NCBI GenBank assembly: GCA_016935735.1
Contig: JAFGQK010000175.1
Location: 2,699-66,698, forward strand
Source of the DNA: Spirochaetales bacterium
Lineage (GTDB): Bacteria; Spirochaetota; Spirochaetia; SZUA-6; JAFGRV01
DNA: 64,000 bases
Reading direction: 5' to 3'
Below the pieces are notes generated by a model. The model searched no databases. It saw only the letters and a list, made by a program, of their open reading frames with translations, and was not told where the DNA came from. Below are positions 27,003 to 38,129 of the stretch, in pieces; position 1 is the first letter of the stretch; each line of letters starts with the position of its first letter. The position numbers and the translations under genes are program-made.

Positions 27003-29645
27003 ATGAAGAATAACATTCATTTTTTTAAAAAGGGCGTTTCTATTAAAGATGAGGATATTTTAGAGAAAATCGGGATTCGTGGAAGACTCGCTATGGAACT
27101 TGCATCAATTGATCTTCCCATTCTTCCGGGATTTATTATTGACGCAGATGTCGCATCTCACCTGAGTAAAGAATCCTTAAAAGAACATCTGGAACCATTT
27201 CTTAAGAAATTAGGAGATGATCTTGGGAGAGGTTTTGGCGACCCGGAAAATCCAATGCTTTTGAAAATCGTTATCAGCCCAAATCTTGCTGTAGCTTCCT
27301 ATCCAACACTCCATAATTATGGTCTTACTGCCAGAACAGTAGAGGGTTTTAATAAATTTGTTGGGGAACATTTCGGATTTCATGAAGTTCAATTCCTTAT
27401 TAAAGGGAATCTTGAAATTGAAGCGCGTATCGCAGAACTGGAAAACAGGACAGAAGATCTTAAAAAGATTAAAAAAGCCATGAGTTTATTAACGAAAGAA
27501 CTCGATTCGGCAGAAACAACAGCAAAAGAAAAACAAAATATCGACGCATACCTTGAATTTCTCCCCAAAGGTTTTTTTGATGATTCGCTTACCCAGCTTG
27601 AATTATCAATTAAGCGGGTCAGTCATATGCTTGATATTGATGAAATGGATGATGATGATACTGCAATTCTTATCCAGCCTATGGTGTATGGTAACTATGG
27701 GGAGAATTCTGCAAGCGGGAACTTTTATACAAGAAACATTGTTACCGGAATGAAAAAAATCCAGGGTGAATTCTTCCGGAATGTGTTTGATATGATCGGA
27801 CCCAAGGGTCAGGATATTCACGAAATCGGTGAAAGTTATGTTTCATTGCTTGAAAAAACAGCAGGATCGATTGAAGATCATTATAAAGAAATACGTCAGA
27901 TACGTTTTGTTCTGGAAGATAAAAAACTCTGGCTCATAAACCAGAGGGTTGTTGTTGACAAATCCACTCAATCAGATATTCAACTTTACCTTGAACTCCA
28001 TAAAAGAAAAATTATCGATGTTAAATATGTTGTGTCCCATATCAAGACACACCAGCTCCATGAAATTCTACATCCGGTTGTTGATCCGGCTTCCACGAAA
28101 AAACTCAAAACATTAAAAGGTGGAATTTCCGGTGCGCCTGGAGCTGCTATCGGACGGGTCTTTTTTTCTACAGATGAACTCCTGGACGCTTACAAAACAG
28201 CCCAGCAGACAGGACAGGATACAAGATTGATTCTCTGTCTTCCTGCATCATTTGCAGAGGATGTAAAGGCAATAGAGGTATCTACCGGGGTTCTTTCATG
28301 TGAAGGCGGGTATGCAGCCCATGCATCTGTTGTAGCCAGGCAATATGGAAAAGTATCCCTGGTAAAACCGGAAATGAAAATACGGGGGAAAAAGGCTATA
28401 ATCGGCGATACAACAATAAAAGAAGGAGATTATGTAACATTAAATGTTCCTAATTATGGAGAACCAACACTTTTTATTGATAAAGCAAGCCTTATTGAGC
28501 CGGACCCCAAGTCTTCCGGTTTGCTTGATTTTATCGCACTGGTAAAGAATTGTATTAAGGATTTTACTGTTCGTACGAATGCAGATAAACCGAAAGATGC
28601 AGAACTCGCTTTAACTTTCGGGGCAGAAGGTATCGGGCTTTGCCGTACCGAACATATGTTCTTTGATATAAAGCGGATAAATGTTTTTAGAGAGATGGTT
28701 ATCTCCGATACAAAAGAGGAACGAATTAAGGCTTTAAATAAATTACGCCCAATGCAGAGATCCGATTTTTCCAAACTCTTTACGATTATGAAGGGTAAAT
28801 CTGTAACAATCAGACTTCTTGATGCACCACTCCATGAATTTCTGCCGCACAATCCACAGGAAATGAAGGATTTTATCACTTATCTTAATACATCAAGAAA
28901 AAAAGGTGATAAGATAGATGAAAAAGAAGTACGGGCACGGTGTGATGCCATTAGTGAGTTTAATCCGATGCTTGGACACAGGGGTTGTAGAATAGCGATT
29001 TCATATCCGGAAATCTATGAAATGCAGGTGTCTGCTATTTTTGAGGCTGTATACGCACTCCAGAAAGAGGGGATAAAAATAGAACCCGAGATAATGATTC
29101 CCCTTATTATGAATGAAAGGGAATTAAAAATCATCATATATGGAAAGAATATAGAAGGCCAATCAATTAAAGGTTTGATAGATATAGAAAAAGAGATGCG
29201 TGAAAAGCTGAAAGCAAAACCGGTTGAATATAAGATCGGGACAATGATCGAACTCCCATGTGCTGCGCTTGGAGCAGGGGAAATTGCCCGGTATGCTGAA
29301 TTCTTTTCATTCGGGACAAATGACCTTACCCAGACAACATTGGGACTTTCCCGTGATGATTTTAATACGTTTATGCCGGATTATACACTTTTTGACATCC
29401 TTAACGGGAATCCCTTCCAGATGTTGAACGATGCTGTTAAAGAATTGGTGAGTACCGCGGGTACCCGTGGAAGAATGACAAGACCGAATTTGAAACTCGG
29501 ACTTTGTGGTGAACATGGAGCCATGGCAGAAAATATCAAATTCTGTATGGATGCCGGACTTAACTATGTTTCCTGTTCCGGCTATTCTGTTCCGATTGCC
29601 CTCCTCGCAATCGCACAAATCAATATAGAGAATGGTATTGTTTAA
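27003..29645 (+). CDS. ppdK: Pyruvate, phosphate dikinase
   Basis: It is 880 aa. It has an N-terminal ATP-grasp. The phospho-His domain is 'GGISGAPGAAIGRV...CEGGYAAHASVVARQYG'. The C-terminal PEP-utilising TIM barrel is 'GTNDLTQTTLGLSRDD'. Confidence 0.9.
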   Translation: MKNNIHFFKKGVSIKDEDILEKIGIRGRLAMELASIDLPILPGFIIDADVASHLSKESLKEHLEPFLKKLGDDLGRGFGDPENPMLLKIVISPNLAVASYPTLHNYGLTARTVEGFNKFVGEHFGFHEVQFLIKGNLEIEARIAELENRTEDLKKIKKAMSLLTKELDSAETTAKEKQNIDAYLEFLPKGFFDDSLTQLELSIKRVSHMLDIDEMDDDDTAILIQPMVYGNYGENSASGNFYTRNIVTGMKKIQGEFFRNVFDMIGPKGQDIHEIGESYVSLLEKTAGSIEDHYKEIRQIRFVLEDKKLWLINQRVVVDKSTQSDIQLYLELHKRKIIDVKYVVSHIKTHQLHEILHPVVDPASTKKLKTLKGGISGAPGAAIGRVFFSTDELLDAYKTAQQTGQDTRLILCLPASFAEDVKAIEVSTGVLSCEGGYAAHASVVARQYGKVSLVKPEMKIRGKKAIIGDTTIKEGDYVTLNVPNYGEPTLFIDKASLIEPDPKSSGLLDFIALVKNCIKDFTVRTNADKPKDAELALTFGAEGIGLCRTEHMFFDIKRINVFREMVISDTKEERIKALNKLRPMQRSDFSKLFTIMKGKSVTIRLLDAPLHEFLPHNPQEMKDFITYLNTSRKKGDKIDEKEVRARCDAISEFNPMLGHRGCRIAISYPEIYEMQVSAIFEAVYALQKEGIKIEPEIMIPLIMNERELKIIIYGKNIEGQSIKGLIDIEKEMREKLKAKPVEYKIGTMIELPCAALGAGEIARYAEFFSFGTNDLTQTTLGLSRDDFNTFMPDYTLFDILNGNPFQMLNDAVKELVSTAGTRGRMTRPNLKLGLCGEHGAMAENIKFCMDAGLNYVSCSGYSVPIALLAIAQINIENGIV

Positions 29646-29666
29646 ATGATATATATATCTGTTTGG

Positions 29667-29698
29667 AAAAAGCCGCCATACAAGGCGGCTTTTTTATT
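29667..29698. terminator. Bidirectional rho-independent terminator (AAAAAGCCGCC-ATACAA-GGCGGCTTTTTT)
   Basis: It lies between the convergent ppdK (+) and the TPR gene (-). A-runs and T-runs flank the stem on either side. Confidence 0.65.
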
Positions 29699-29701
29699 AT
29701 A

Positions 29702-31606
29702 TTATTTTTTTATCTTATATTCTTCTGCTCTTTTAAGGAATTTTTGTGCAAATAATTTATTTCCTGTTTTCTCATAAATCTGACCGATGTTCTGTAGAGC
29801 TACCCAGTTATGGGGATCCACCGATAATACTTCTTTAAAGATTTTTATCGCCCGCTCAAAATCTCCGTCCCTGTAATACATCCCCCCAAGCAAAAAAAGA
29901 ATATGCTTGTTCCTTTTAAAATAAGAAATAGCCTTTTCAATAAGGGTAATTGCGTATTTCCTGTTCCCTGCGTATTCAAGGCATATAATAAGTGATTTCA
30001 GATACTCGAAATTACCCGGTTTATCCTGAAGAAGCTCTCTGTAAACAAGAATTGCATCCTTATAATTCTTTATCTGTACATAACTGTAAGCAAGCATTTT
30101 TTTGAGTCCTTCCTGCCTGGGGAAGACCGGGAGAAGTATGAGTATTTCTTTTATAGCCTTTTTAAAATGTTCAAGCCGGATAAGGAGTTTTATATAATCT
30201 TTTTTCATATGGTTGTCACCGGGATAATACTCAAAATAACGTTCAAAATACTCTTTTTCTTTTTCAGGTTTATCCTGTTTCTGATAAAGGATAATAAGCA
30301 GGGAGAGTGCTTTCTGGTCTTCTGATTTCATTTTAAGGGTTCTTAAAAACCAATTTTCTGCAAGTTCGGGCATATCATAGGTCAGGTATGCTTCCCCAAG
30401 AGCATTCATTAAAAGCGGATCCGGTCCTTTTTCCCTGATCTGGTTTTGTAAAAGGGTAAAAATTTCTTTGGGGGATTCACCGATTCGCGAGTAGCAAAGA
30501 GCATAAAAAAATGCAGCAACTCGGTCATGCTGATTCATATATAAAACCCTGTTTACTTTTTTCATTAATTCATCATATTCTTCTTTTTCCCAGAGAATAT
30601 TAAAAAGTCCGTAATACAATTCGAGCCTGCTTTTATCCCTTTCAATACACCTGAGATAATGATTCTTTGCTTTTTCAAGGTCTCCCAATTTCAGGTATGA
30701 CTCTGCAATAATCATGTGCATATCAATATCTGCATAATTTTCTTTTAGGATTTCTTTTGCATAATAGATTGCTTTTCTATAATCTTCTTTTTTGAAATGA
30801 GTCATGGTGATAAAACGGAGTAACTGATGCGGATCAGCTGTTTTTATTGTCTCTTTTTTAAAGTGCAGTGAAATATGTTCAAGTTGTTTTTCAGCTTCCT
30901 GCTTTTTCCCGAGCTTTAAGAGTGTAACGGCTCTCTGGAGTTTTAAAGAAGAATCATCCGGCGACATTTCTGATGCAGCATCATAATGAACAAGAGCTTT
31001 CTGATTATCCCCTGTCAACCTGTATATCCTGGCAAGATAAAGGTGGGGGAGTATCGTGTCTCCGCCATTTTTTAATAAAAATTCAAAGATATCAGCAGAT
31101 TCATGAAAATGATTGTTTCTGAATAATTTGATTGCTTTTACCAGAAGTGCATTTAAATACCCTGTATATATTTTCTTGTTCTGCGGCTCAAGTTCAAGGG
31201 CTTTCTCAAAATAAATAACGGCAATTTCCGGCTTTTTTGCCTTTAGAAATGCAATTGCAGCCAGATTCAGCCCGGGGAAAAAATAAGGACTTTTTTTATC
31301 TTCCAGGGCTGTTTTTAAATGTATAACAGCTTTTCTGTATAATCCCAGGGTAAGATATGTTCTGCCTAAAAAAAAATGGCCTGCTATTGATGCAGGAACC
31401 ATTTTTAAGAAAAACTCAAATACAGGAATTGCCCTGTTATAATCTGCAAACGCATGATAGCTTCTTCCCAGATAAAGGAGGATCTTGGCCGGGTAATCAT
31501 AGTTATTGATAATTCCTGTTAAAAGAGATATTGCTTTTTTATAATTCCTCTTTCTTCCCGCTTCAATTGCCTGTTCAAACAGGTGATTAATCTCTTCTTC
31601 TGACAT
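29702..31606 (-). CDS. TPR-repeat protein (634 aa)
   Basis: It has many TPR-like 34-residue repeats (W-LG-Y-A-F-P consensus positions recur throughout). Confidence 0.6.
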   Translation of the reverse strand: MSEEEINHLFEQAIEAGRKRNYKKAISLLTGIINNYDYPAKILLYLGRSYHAFADYNRAIPVFEFFLKMVPASIAGHFFLGRTYLTLGLYRKAVIHLKTALEDKKSPYFFPGLNLAAIAFLKAKKPEIAVIYFEKALELEPQNKKIYTGYLNALLVKAIKLFRNNHFHESADIFEFLLKNGGDTILPHLYLARIYRLTGDNQKALVHYDAASEMSPDDSSLKLQRAVTLLKLGKKQEAEKQLEHISLHFKKETIKTADPHQLLRFITMTHFKKEDYRKAIYYAKEILKENYADIDMHMIIAESYLKLGDLEKAKNHYLRCIERDKSRLELYYGLFNILWEKEEYDELMKKVNRVLYMNQHDRVAAFFYALCYSRIGESPKEIFTLLQNQIREKGPDPLLMNALGEAYLTYDMPELAENWFLRTLKMKSEDQKALSLLIILYQKQDKPEKEKEYFERYFEYYPGDNHMKKDYIKLLIRLEHFKKAIKEILILLPVFPRQEGLKKMLAYSYVQIKNYKDAILVYRELLQDKPGNFEYLKSLIICLEYAGNRKYAITLIEKAISYFKRNKHILFLLGGMYYRDGDFERAIKIFKEVLSVDPHNWVALQNIGQIYEKTGNKLFAQKFLKRAEEYKIKK

Positions 31607-31803
31607 ATGTCCGTATATTCCTTATCTATTCGCTTTCATTATCGATTGAGTATGTACATCTTATCAAGTATAAATGATGAAGAAATAAATTCATAGATAA
31701 AATCCTTTTGTTTTTATGAAAAACAGTATAATCATCCGGATAAGGCTTTGACAAACATGAATAGTTTACGCTACATTATTGTATGAAAGAAAGAAGTATT
31801 TTT

Positions 31804-33231
31804 ATGAATCTTTCCCCCCTGGATCACCGGTATTATCTTTCCAATAAAGAGATATTTGACAGGTTATCGTTATATTTAAGCGAAGAGGCACTCATCCGGT
31901 ATTGTATGAAGGTTGAACTTACCCTGCTTAAGAATCTTGTTTTTCTTGATGACAGGCTATCCGGTAAAAAACAGATTGAAGAAAAATTGGATAGACTGGA
32001 AAAAGACATAATGCCGGAAGAAATATATGAGGAAGAAGAACGGACACAACACAATATTCGATCGCTTGTGAATATTCTCAAGAAAAGGGTTCCTCAAACC
32101 GTTACTCATCTTGTCCATCTTGGTGCAACTTCAATGGATATCCTGGATACTGCCAACTCCTGTCGTACCAGGGATGCTGTACGTCAGGTAGTGATACCTT
32201 TGCTTTTAAAAGTGGAAGAGCAATTAATTTCTTTATGCCTGACTCACTCCCTTACCCCACAGGTAGGGAGAACGCATGGACAGCATGCAGTTCCCATTAC
32301 CTTTGGCTTTGCCCTTGCAGAGTATATTTCCAGGCTGGGAAAATCCATTCAAAGGATCTGGGAAAAATCCGGGGATTTAAGGGGAAAACTTTCCGGGGCT
32401 GTTGGTGCCTACAATGCAATGAGCCTTATGACTGATGATCCTGAAAAACTCGAGCAACAATTCTGTGCTTCCCTGGGTCTCCTCCCCTCTGAATACTCGA
32501 CCCAGATTATTGAGAGTGAATATACCCTTCTCCTGCTTTTGGAATTAAACACGGCATTCGGGATTATTGCCAATCTTGCAGATGATTTGCGAAATCTCCA
32601 GAGGTCAGAGATTGCCGAAGTGCAGGAAGAATTTACCGCTACCCAGGTAGGTTCATCAACAATGCCCCAGAAGAGAAACCCGTGGAATTGTGAGAATATA
32701 AAAAGTATGTGGAAGGCATTCTGTCCCAGGGTACTTACCTTTTTTATGGACCAATTATCCGATCATCAACGTGATCTTACCAATTCAGCCTCTGCCCGTT
32801 TTATTGCCGATTATATTACAGGATTCACCGCCACGGTAAACCGGATGAGTAACGTGCTTTCATCCTTAAAGGTGAATAAAGAAAAGATGATAAACTTTGC
32901 ACAATCATCTGACCTGGTTCTGGCAGAGCCTGTATATATCCTTCTTTCCCTTGGCGGGAAAGGTGATGCACATGAGATGGTGAGAAAAATCACCCTGACA
33001 TGCAATAAAACCGGGAAAAAATTGATAGATGTATTAAAAGAAGATCCCGAATTGTGGGATATTATCATTCAAAGACTTAAAAAGGTTAATATTTTAAACC
33101 CCGATGATTTTTTTAATCACCCGGAATCGTATAATGGAAAATCAAGGGAAAAAGCGGAACGTATTGCCAGACAATACACCGGTGTTATTGAGGAAATCAG
33201 GAGTAAAGTGGAGTACGGTTTATCAGGATGA
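31804..33231 (+). CDS. purB: Adenylosuccinate lyase
   Basis: 'MNLSPLDHRY' is the typical PurB N-terminus. The fumarate-lyase signature is 'GSSTMPQKRNP'. I chose the start at the Met eight codons in. Confidence 0.85.
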   Translation: MNLSPLDHRYYLSNKEIFDRLSLYLSEEALIRYCMKVELTLLKNLVFLDDRLSGKKQIEEKLDRLEKDIMPEEIYEEEERTQHNIRSLVNILKKRVPQTVTHLVHLGATSMDILDTANSCRTRDAVRQVVIPLLLKVEEQLISLCLTHSLTPQVGRTHGQHAVPITFGFALAEYISRLGKSIQRIWEKSGDLRGKLSGAVGAYNAMSLMTDDPEKLEQQFCASLGLLPSEYSTQIIESEYTLLLLLELNTAFGIIANLADDLRNLQRSEIAEVQEEFTATQVGSSTMPQKRNPWNCENIKSMWKAFCPRVLTFFMDQLSDHQRDLTNSASARFIADYITGFTATVNRMSNVLSSLKVNKEKMINFAQSSDLVLAEPVYILLSLGGKGDAHEMVRKITLTCNKTGKKLIDVLKEDPELWDIIIQRLKKVNILNPDDFFNHPESYNGKSREKAERIARQYTGVIEEIRSKVEYGLSG

Positions 33232-35087
33232 GTGAAATAGACTCGATTGCAATTTTGGATTGCGGTGGACAGTATACAAAAGTCATAGACAGGAAAGTGA
33301 GAGAGAATTCCGTTAAATCAAACATCTATCCTCTTTATGTTGATGCAGAAAAACTTAAAGACTATAAAGGAATTATTTTTTCCGGGGGCCCGGAAAGTGT
33401 CTGGTCAGATACATCACTGTCTTATGACCGGAAAATATTTTCTCTCGGCATCCCGATGCTGGGTATCTGCTATGGTATGCATTTAATTAATACCCATTTC
33501 GGCGGGCATGTAAAGCCGGGTGTTAAGAATGAGTATGGAGAAACTGATATTCAGATTGACCCGGCCTGTCCTTTGTTTTCAGACCTGAATCCGTCCCAGA
33601 CAGTATTGATGAGTCATGGAGATTCCGTGCAGATACTTGCCAATGATTTTTTATCCTGTGCAATGTCCGGTTCTGTTGTTGCTGCACTATGGAATAAAGA
33701 ACTGGATATTTACGGTGTCCAGTTTCATCCCGAAGTCGATCTTACTGTTCATGGAAAGATCATCATGCAGAATTTCCTTAAAAAAGTGTGCAGGCTTTCC
33801 GGTAATTACATGCTTGAAGACCGTATACAAACTGCAATTAAAAAAATAAAGGAAAAAGTAGGGGAAAAAAAAATACTTGTCCTGGTGAGTGGCGGTGTCG
33901 ATTCTGCTGTAAGTGCGGTTCTGCTCATCAAGGCTTTAGATCCTGGAAACGTGTACGGGATTCATATTGACCATGGATTTATGCGTAAAAATGAAAGTGA
34001 CATTATCTGCAAAAGCCTTACATCCCTGGGTTTAAAGAATCTGGACTGTGTAAATGCAGAAGAATTCTTTTTTACTACACCTGTTGAAATAGAAGGAAAG
34101 ACCCTGGGACCATTGAAAAATGTTACTGATCCCGAGGAAAAAAGAAATATCATCGGCCATCTCTTTATTGAAGTACTAAAAAAAGAGACCGAGAAATTGG
34201 GTCTGGATTTTAATACCACTTTTATTGCCCAGGGTACTCTTCGTCCCGATCTTATAGAAAGCGGAAACCCGGATGTAAGCAGCTATGCCCATAAAATAAA
34301 AACACATCATAATGATGTGGAAATCATCCGCAGGGCCCGTGAAAAAGGCCTGATAGTGGAAACAAACTGGGACTGGCACAAGGATGAAGTCCGCGAGGTT
34401 GCACGCAGACTCGGGATCGATGAGTTGATTGCTTCACGGCAGCCATTCCCGGGTCCAGGGCTTGGAATCCGGCTTATCTGCAATGACGGAAGAGAAATTG
34501 TTACTGAAAAGCAAAAGTCTGAATTTAAAAACGCTTTATTCAAATCCGGTTGCCGGTACCAGGGAACAATTGTCCCATTAAAAACAGTGGGGGTACAGGG
34601 CGATTGCAGAAGTTACCGGTACCTTGCTGTTTTTTCAGGGGGGCTGGACAATCTTGAATGGGATCATCTTTACAAAACCGGAACCAGCCTTCCGAATACA
34701 CTTTCATTTATCAATCGCGTGGCATATATCCTGAACAGAAAAAATTTTGGGGGAGAAATTATCTGTTCTCCCATGTATCTGACACGGAGGAATGTGGAGT
34801 TACTAAAGGAAGTAGATTATATTGTACGGAAATACCTGGACAGACCTCCTGTAAATCAGGTGTTTGCTGTTCTGCTGCCATTCGGGGTAAAGAAAAGATT
34901 TTCTGTGGCAATAAGAAGTTTTATTACAAATGATTATATGACAGGAAGACCCGCAATCCCCGGAAAAGATATAATGATCCGCAGTATGAAGGATCTGGTG
35001 ATGGAGATTGAGGATGCATTTGATGAGATTGAGTTTGTGATGTATGATGTAACAAGTAAACCGCCTGCAACAGTAGAATGGGAGTAA
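33228..35087 (+). CDS. guaA: GMP synthase (glutamine-hydrolysing), long form of 619 aa
   Basis: The class I GATase is 'ILDCGGQYTKV...GICYGMHL'. The PP-loop is 'VLVSGGVDSAV'. The start overlaps the purB stop (ATGA). It is longer than the typical ~515-aa bacterial GuaA. Confidence 0.85.
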   Translation: MSEIDSIAILDCGGQYTKVIDRKVRENSVKSNIYPLYVDAEKLKDYKGIIFSGGPESVWSDTSLSYDRKIFSLGIPMLGICYGMHLINTHFGGHVKPGVKNEYGETDIQIDPACPLFSDLNPSQTVLMSHGDSVQILANDFLSCAMSGSVVAALWNKELDIYGVQFHPEVDLTVHGKIIMQNFLKKVCRLSGNYMLEDRIQTAIKKIKEKVGEKKILVLVSGGVDSAVSAVLLIKALDPGNVYGIHIDHGFMRKNESDIICKSLTSLGLKNLDCVNAEEFFFTTPVEIEGKTLGPLKNVTDPEEKRNIIGHLFIEVLKKETEKLGLDFNTTFIAQGTLRPDLIESGNPDVSSYAHKIKTHHNDVEIIRRAREKGLIVETNWDWHKDEVREVARRLGIDELIASRQPFPGPGLGIRLICNDGREIVTEKQKSEFKNALFKSGCRYQGTIVPLKTVGVQGDCRSYRYLAVFSGGLDNLEWDHLYKTGTSLPNTLSFINRVAYILNRKNFGGEIICSPMYLTRRNVELLKEVDYIVRKYLDRPPVNQVFAVLLPFGVKKRFSVAIRSFITNDYMTGRPAIPGKDIMIRSMKDLVMEIEDAFDEIEFVMYDVTSKPPATVEWE

Positions 35088-35251
35088 GAACATAGCTCCG
35101 CAAATTATTTAATGGAAGAAAAGGGAGAGGGTAAAGTGGTGGCAGAGCCACCACTTTACCCTCTCATCTCTTTATTGTGGAAAATCGAAATTCCTGGACA
35201 ATTAATTAAAAAATATTTTACATAATAATATTTATGTAACAGTTTGAAAAA

Positions 35252-36166
35252 TCAATATTCCTGATTTATAAGAAATTCCTTTTTTAATGTATCGATAAAA
35301 CTTTTTACCGCAGCAGAAAGGTACCTGTTTCTTTTATACACCACCCCCATCTGGACAGGTTTTTGTTCCTGGTAATCCCTTATCTTTATTACAGCAAGCT
35401 TTTTCCCGGCGACTTCTTCTTTTACTGCAATAGCAGGAATAATGGATATTCCTGAATTAATCATTACAAAACGTTTAATCACTTCAACAGAGCTGAGTTC
35501 CATAATAATCTTTAATGTGACCCTGGAATGAAAACAATACTGGTCAAGAAGCTGACGGGTGGCACATTGGTGATCTAAGAGAATACAATTATATGTTTCA
35601 AGGTCTTTAAGCAGTATTTCCTTTCTGCCGTATAAAGGATGTTCCGGATAGCAAATCACTACATCGTACCGGGGAAAAAGGGGAATACTTTTTAAATCGG
35701 GTGGGACATTGACAAGAGAGATTATTCCCAGGTCAATTGCATTATCCATAACAAGTTCCATTGTTCTTGGGGAAGTGGCATTCTGGATAATGATATCTAC
35801 CCCGGGATATTGCCTGTTATATTTCTGTAAAATGCCCGGCAACCGGTAACAGGCTGTGGTATCAGAGGTTGACAGGACAAGCCGGCCCTTTATCACCTGC
35901 TGTAAGTCCCTTAATTCAGCATCTGCCTGTATGAGGAGATGTTCAATCTGCTTAAGATAATGAAAAAGCACATTTCCCGTATCAGTAAGATTCACCTTTT
36001 TTGTTGTACGGTCGAATAATCGTGTGTGAAGTGTTTGTTCCAGTCTGGCGACCTGGATACTCAAAGCAGCCTGGGTTCTGAAAATTTTTTCGGCAGCAAT
36101 AGAAAAATTACCATACTTTGCCACCGCAAGGAATGCACGAATTTGTTCAAAGGTAATATCCAACAT
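35252..36166 (-). CDS. LysR-family transcriptional regulator
   Basis: The N-terminal HTH is 'FEQIRAFLAVAKYGNFSIAAEKIFRTQAALSIQVARLEQTL'. A C-terminal substrate-binding domain is present. Confidence 0.8.
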   Translation of the reverse strand: MLDITFEQIRAFLAVAKYGNFSIAAEKIFRTQAALSIQVARLEQTLHTRLFDRTTKKVNLTDTGNVLFHYLKQIEHLLIQADAELRDLQQVIKGRLVLSTSDTTACYRLPGILQKYNRQYPGVDIIIQNATSPRTMELVMDNAIDLGIISLVNVPPDLKSIPLFPRYDVVICYPEHPLYGRKEILLKDLETYNCILLDHQCATRQLLDQYCFHSRVTLKIIMELSSVEVIKRFVMINSGISIIPAIAVKEEVAGKKLAVIKIRDYQEQKPVQMGVVYKRNRYLSAAVKSFIDTLKKEFLINQEY

Positions 36167-36263
36167 ATATTAATATTATTTATAAATAATATAAAAATTA
36201 TTAATTTGAATTATAGATAATTATTTATTAATGTCAAGGAAATATTACAAAGGAGGATGCTAT

Positions 36264-37724
36264 ATGACAACAATAAACGGAGTTTCAATGAGTTTAAAAG
36301 ATTATCTTCTGCTTCCCGGGTATACGGATGAACATTGCGCTATGGCAAATGTATCGCTTAAAACAAAACTATGTATGAAAAATAATGATTACCTTTACCT
36401 GGAAATCCCCTTCATCAGTGCGGCAATGCAGGCGGTAACCGGAATCCAGATGGCTATTGCCCTTGCCCAATTTGGCGGAACAGGGGTTATCCCTGTAAGT
36501 CAGGGTATTGAAGAACAGTGTATGAAAGTCGAACAGGTGAAACGCTATAAAGCCGGGTTCCAGACCAATCTTATTACTTTCTCCGGGAATGACACGATTA
36601 AAAATCTTATTCAGGTTATTCAGAAGACAGGATATACTATATTTCCTGTCACAGATACAGGTGTTTTCCATGGAAAACTTACCGGGATAATCACTGACAA
36701 AGATTTTGACCCGCGTTATGACCAGGAACTCCATATCCGTGACCGGATGCGGACAGATATTCAATACGGCACGGAAATCACTGATTTAAAAGAAGCAAAT
36801 AAAATCATGATCCGGTATGGCAGGGGTTTTTTACCGGTCGTCTCCAGGGAGGGAACACTTCAATCTGTTGTATTCAAACATGATCTGGATAAACATATCC
36901 TGCATCCGGAAGCATTGGTGGATGAAAAAAAACGGCTCTGCATCGGGGCCGCAATCACTACTCATCCGGAGGACCGGGAAAGGGCAAAAGAACTTGTCAA
37001 AAACCAGGTGGATTTTCTCCTTATTGATGCTTCTCATGGTCATTCTGTCTATCAGGCAGAAATGCTTACCTGGCTTAAACAGGAGTTTTCTGTTCCTGTT
37101 ATTGCTGGAAACGTTGTTACAAAGGAGGGTTTCCTTATGCTGGCAGAGTTGGGAGCTGATGCAGTGAAAATAGGAATGGGTATTGGTTCCGGTTGTATTA
37201 CCCAGAATGTAAAAGCAACAGGCAGGGGACAGGCAACAGCAATTATGGAAATTGCAGCAGCAAGGGATGATTTTGCACAGAAAAGGCACTATATCCCATT
37301 AATCGCTGATGGAAGCATTAACACGACAGCGGATATTGCGATTGCCCTTGCCCTTGGTGCAGATACTGTGATGATGGGAAACTTTTTTGCACGATTTACA
37401 GAAGGGAATTCCCGCATTATTCGAACCCGGCGTGGCAAAATTTATAAAGAATACTGGATGGAAGGGAGTAAGCGGGCTCATAATAACCGGAGATACAATA
37501 GTAATCGGGATACATTTTTTGAAGAGGGTATTTCCGGATATGTCTCTTATCTTGGCTCACTCTATGATTATTTGCCTGAATATAAAAACAAGATCAAATC
37601 AGCATTAAGCACAGCAGGAGTAAGCACAATAGATGAATTACATAAAAAAGCTGTTCTTGAGTCTATTTCATATGGGGCAAAAGTGGACAGACATGTTCAT
37701 AACATGACTTCCAGGAGAATGTAA
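36264..37724 (+). CDS. guaB: IMP dehydrogenase family protein with CBS pair
   Basis: I set the start at 'MTTINGV', with an AGGAGG RBS 6 nt upstream. IMPDH-like motifs include 'LLLPGYT', 'IPFISAAMQAVTG', the catalytic loop 'GIGSGCITQNV', and 'YKEYWMEGS'. Confidence 0.75.
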   Translation: MTTINGVSMSLKDYLLLPGYTDEHCAMANVSLKTKLCMKNNDYLYLEIPFISAAMQAVTGIQMAIALAQFGGTGVIPVSQGIEEQCMKVEQVKRYKAGFQTNLITFSGNDTIKNLIQVIQKTGYTIFPVTDTGVFHGKLTGIITDKDFDPRYDQELHIRDRMRTDIQYGTEITDLKEANKIMIRYGRGFLPVVSREGTLQSVVFKHDLDKHILHPEALVDEKKRLCIGAAITTHPEDRERAKELVKNQVDFLLIDASHGHSVYQAEMLTWLKQEFSVPVIAGNVVTKEGFLMLAELGADAVKIGMGIGSGCITQNVKATGRGQATAIMEIAAARDDFAQKRHYIPLIADGSINTTADIAIALALGADTVMMGNFFARFTEGNSRIIRTRRGKIYKEYWMEGSKRAHNNRRYNSNRDTFFEEGISGYVSYLGSLYDYLPEYKNKIKSALSTAGVSTIDELHKKAVLESISYGAKVDRHVHNMTSRRM

Positions 37725-37763
37725 ATAGATATAACTTTATTGGGAAATCCGACTGGATTATAA

Positions 37764-38129
37764 TTATCTGTTGATGATAGCATTAATCTTATTGACGATT
37801 TTATCTGCATCAAGAGGTTTTTCAGCATAAGCTTCGATTGACATATCTGAAGTATCATGAGAGAATGTTGCTGCTTTTGCAACATTCTCAAGAAGAATAA
37901 TAGGAATTTTAATGCCCTTGTTAAAAAGATCTTTACCCATGAGGATTCCATCCTCCGGCGATTTCAATGTCACATCAAGCAATATCAGATCGGGCTTTTC
38001 GGATTGTGCTTTGCTTAATCCCTCGTCTGGTGTTCCTGCCCCTGAAACAGTAAATCCGGCTTTTTGCAACATTTGTGATGTCGAATCAATAAAACCCTGA
38101 TCATCATCTATAATCAGTATTTTCGCCAT
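37764..38129 (-). CDS. Single-domain response regulator (CheY-like receiver)
   Basis: It is 121 aa. 'ILIIDDD...LILLDV...K' gives the conserved Asp pocket and a phospho-acceptor Asp. It is an orphan, convergent with guaB. Confidence 0.7.
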   Translation of the reverse strand: MAKILIIDDDQGFIDSTSQMLQKAGFTVSGAGTPDEGLSKAQSEKPDLILLDVTLKSPEDGILMGKDLFNKGIKIPIILLENVAKAATFSHDTSDMSIEAYAEKPLDADKIVNKINAIINR

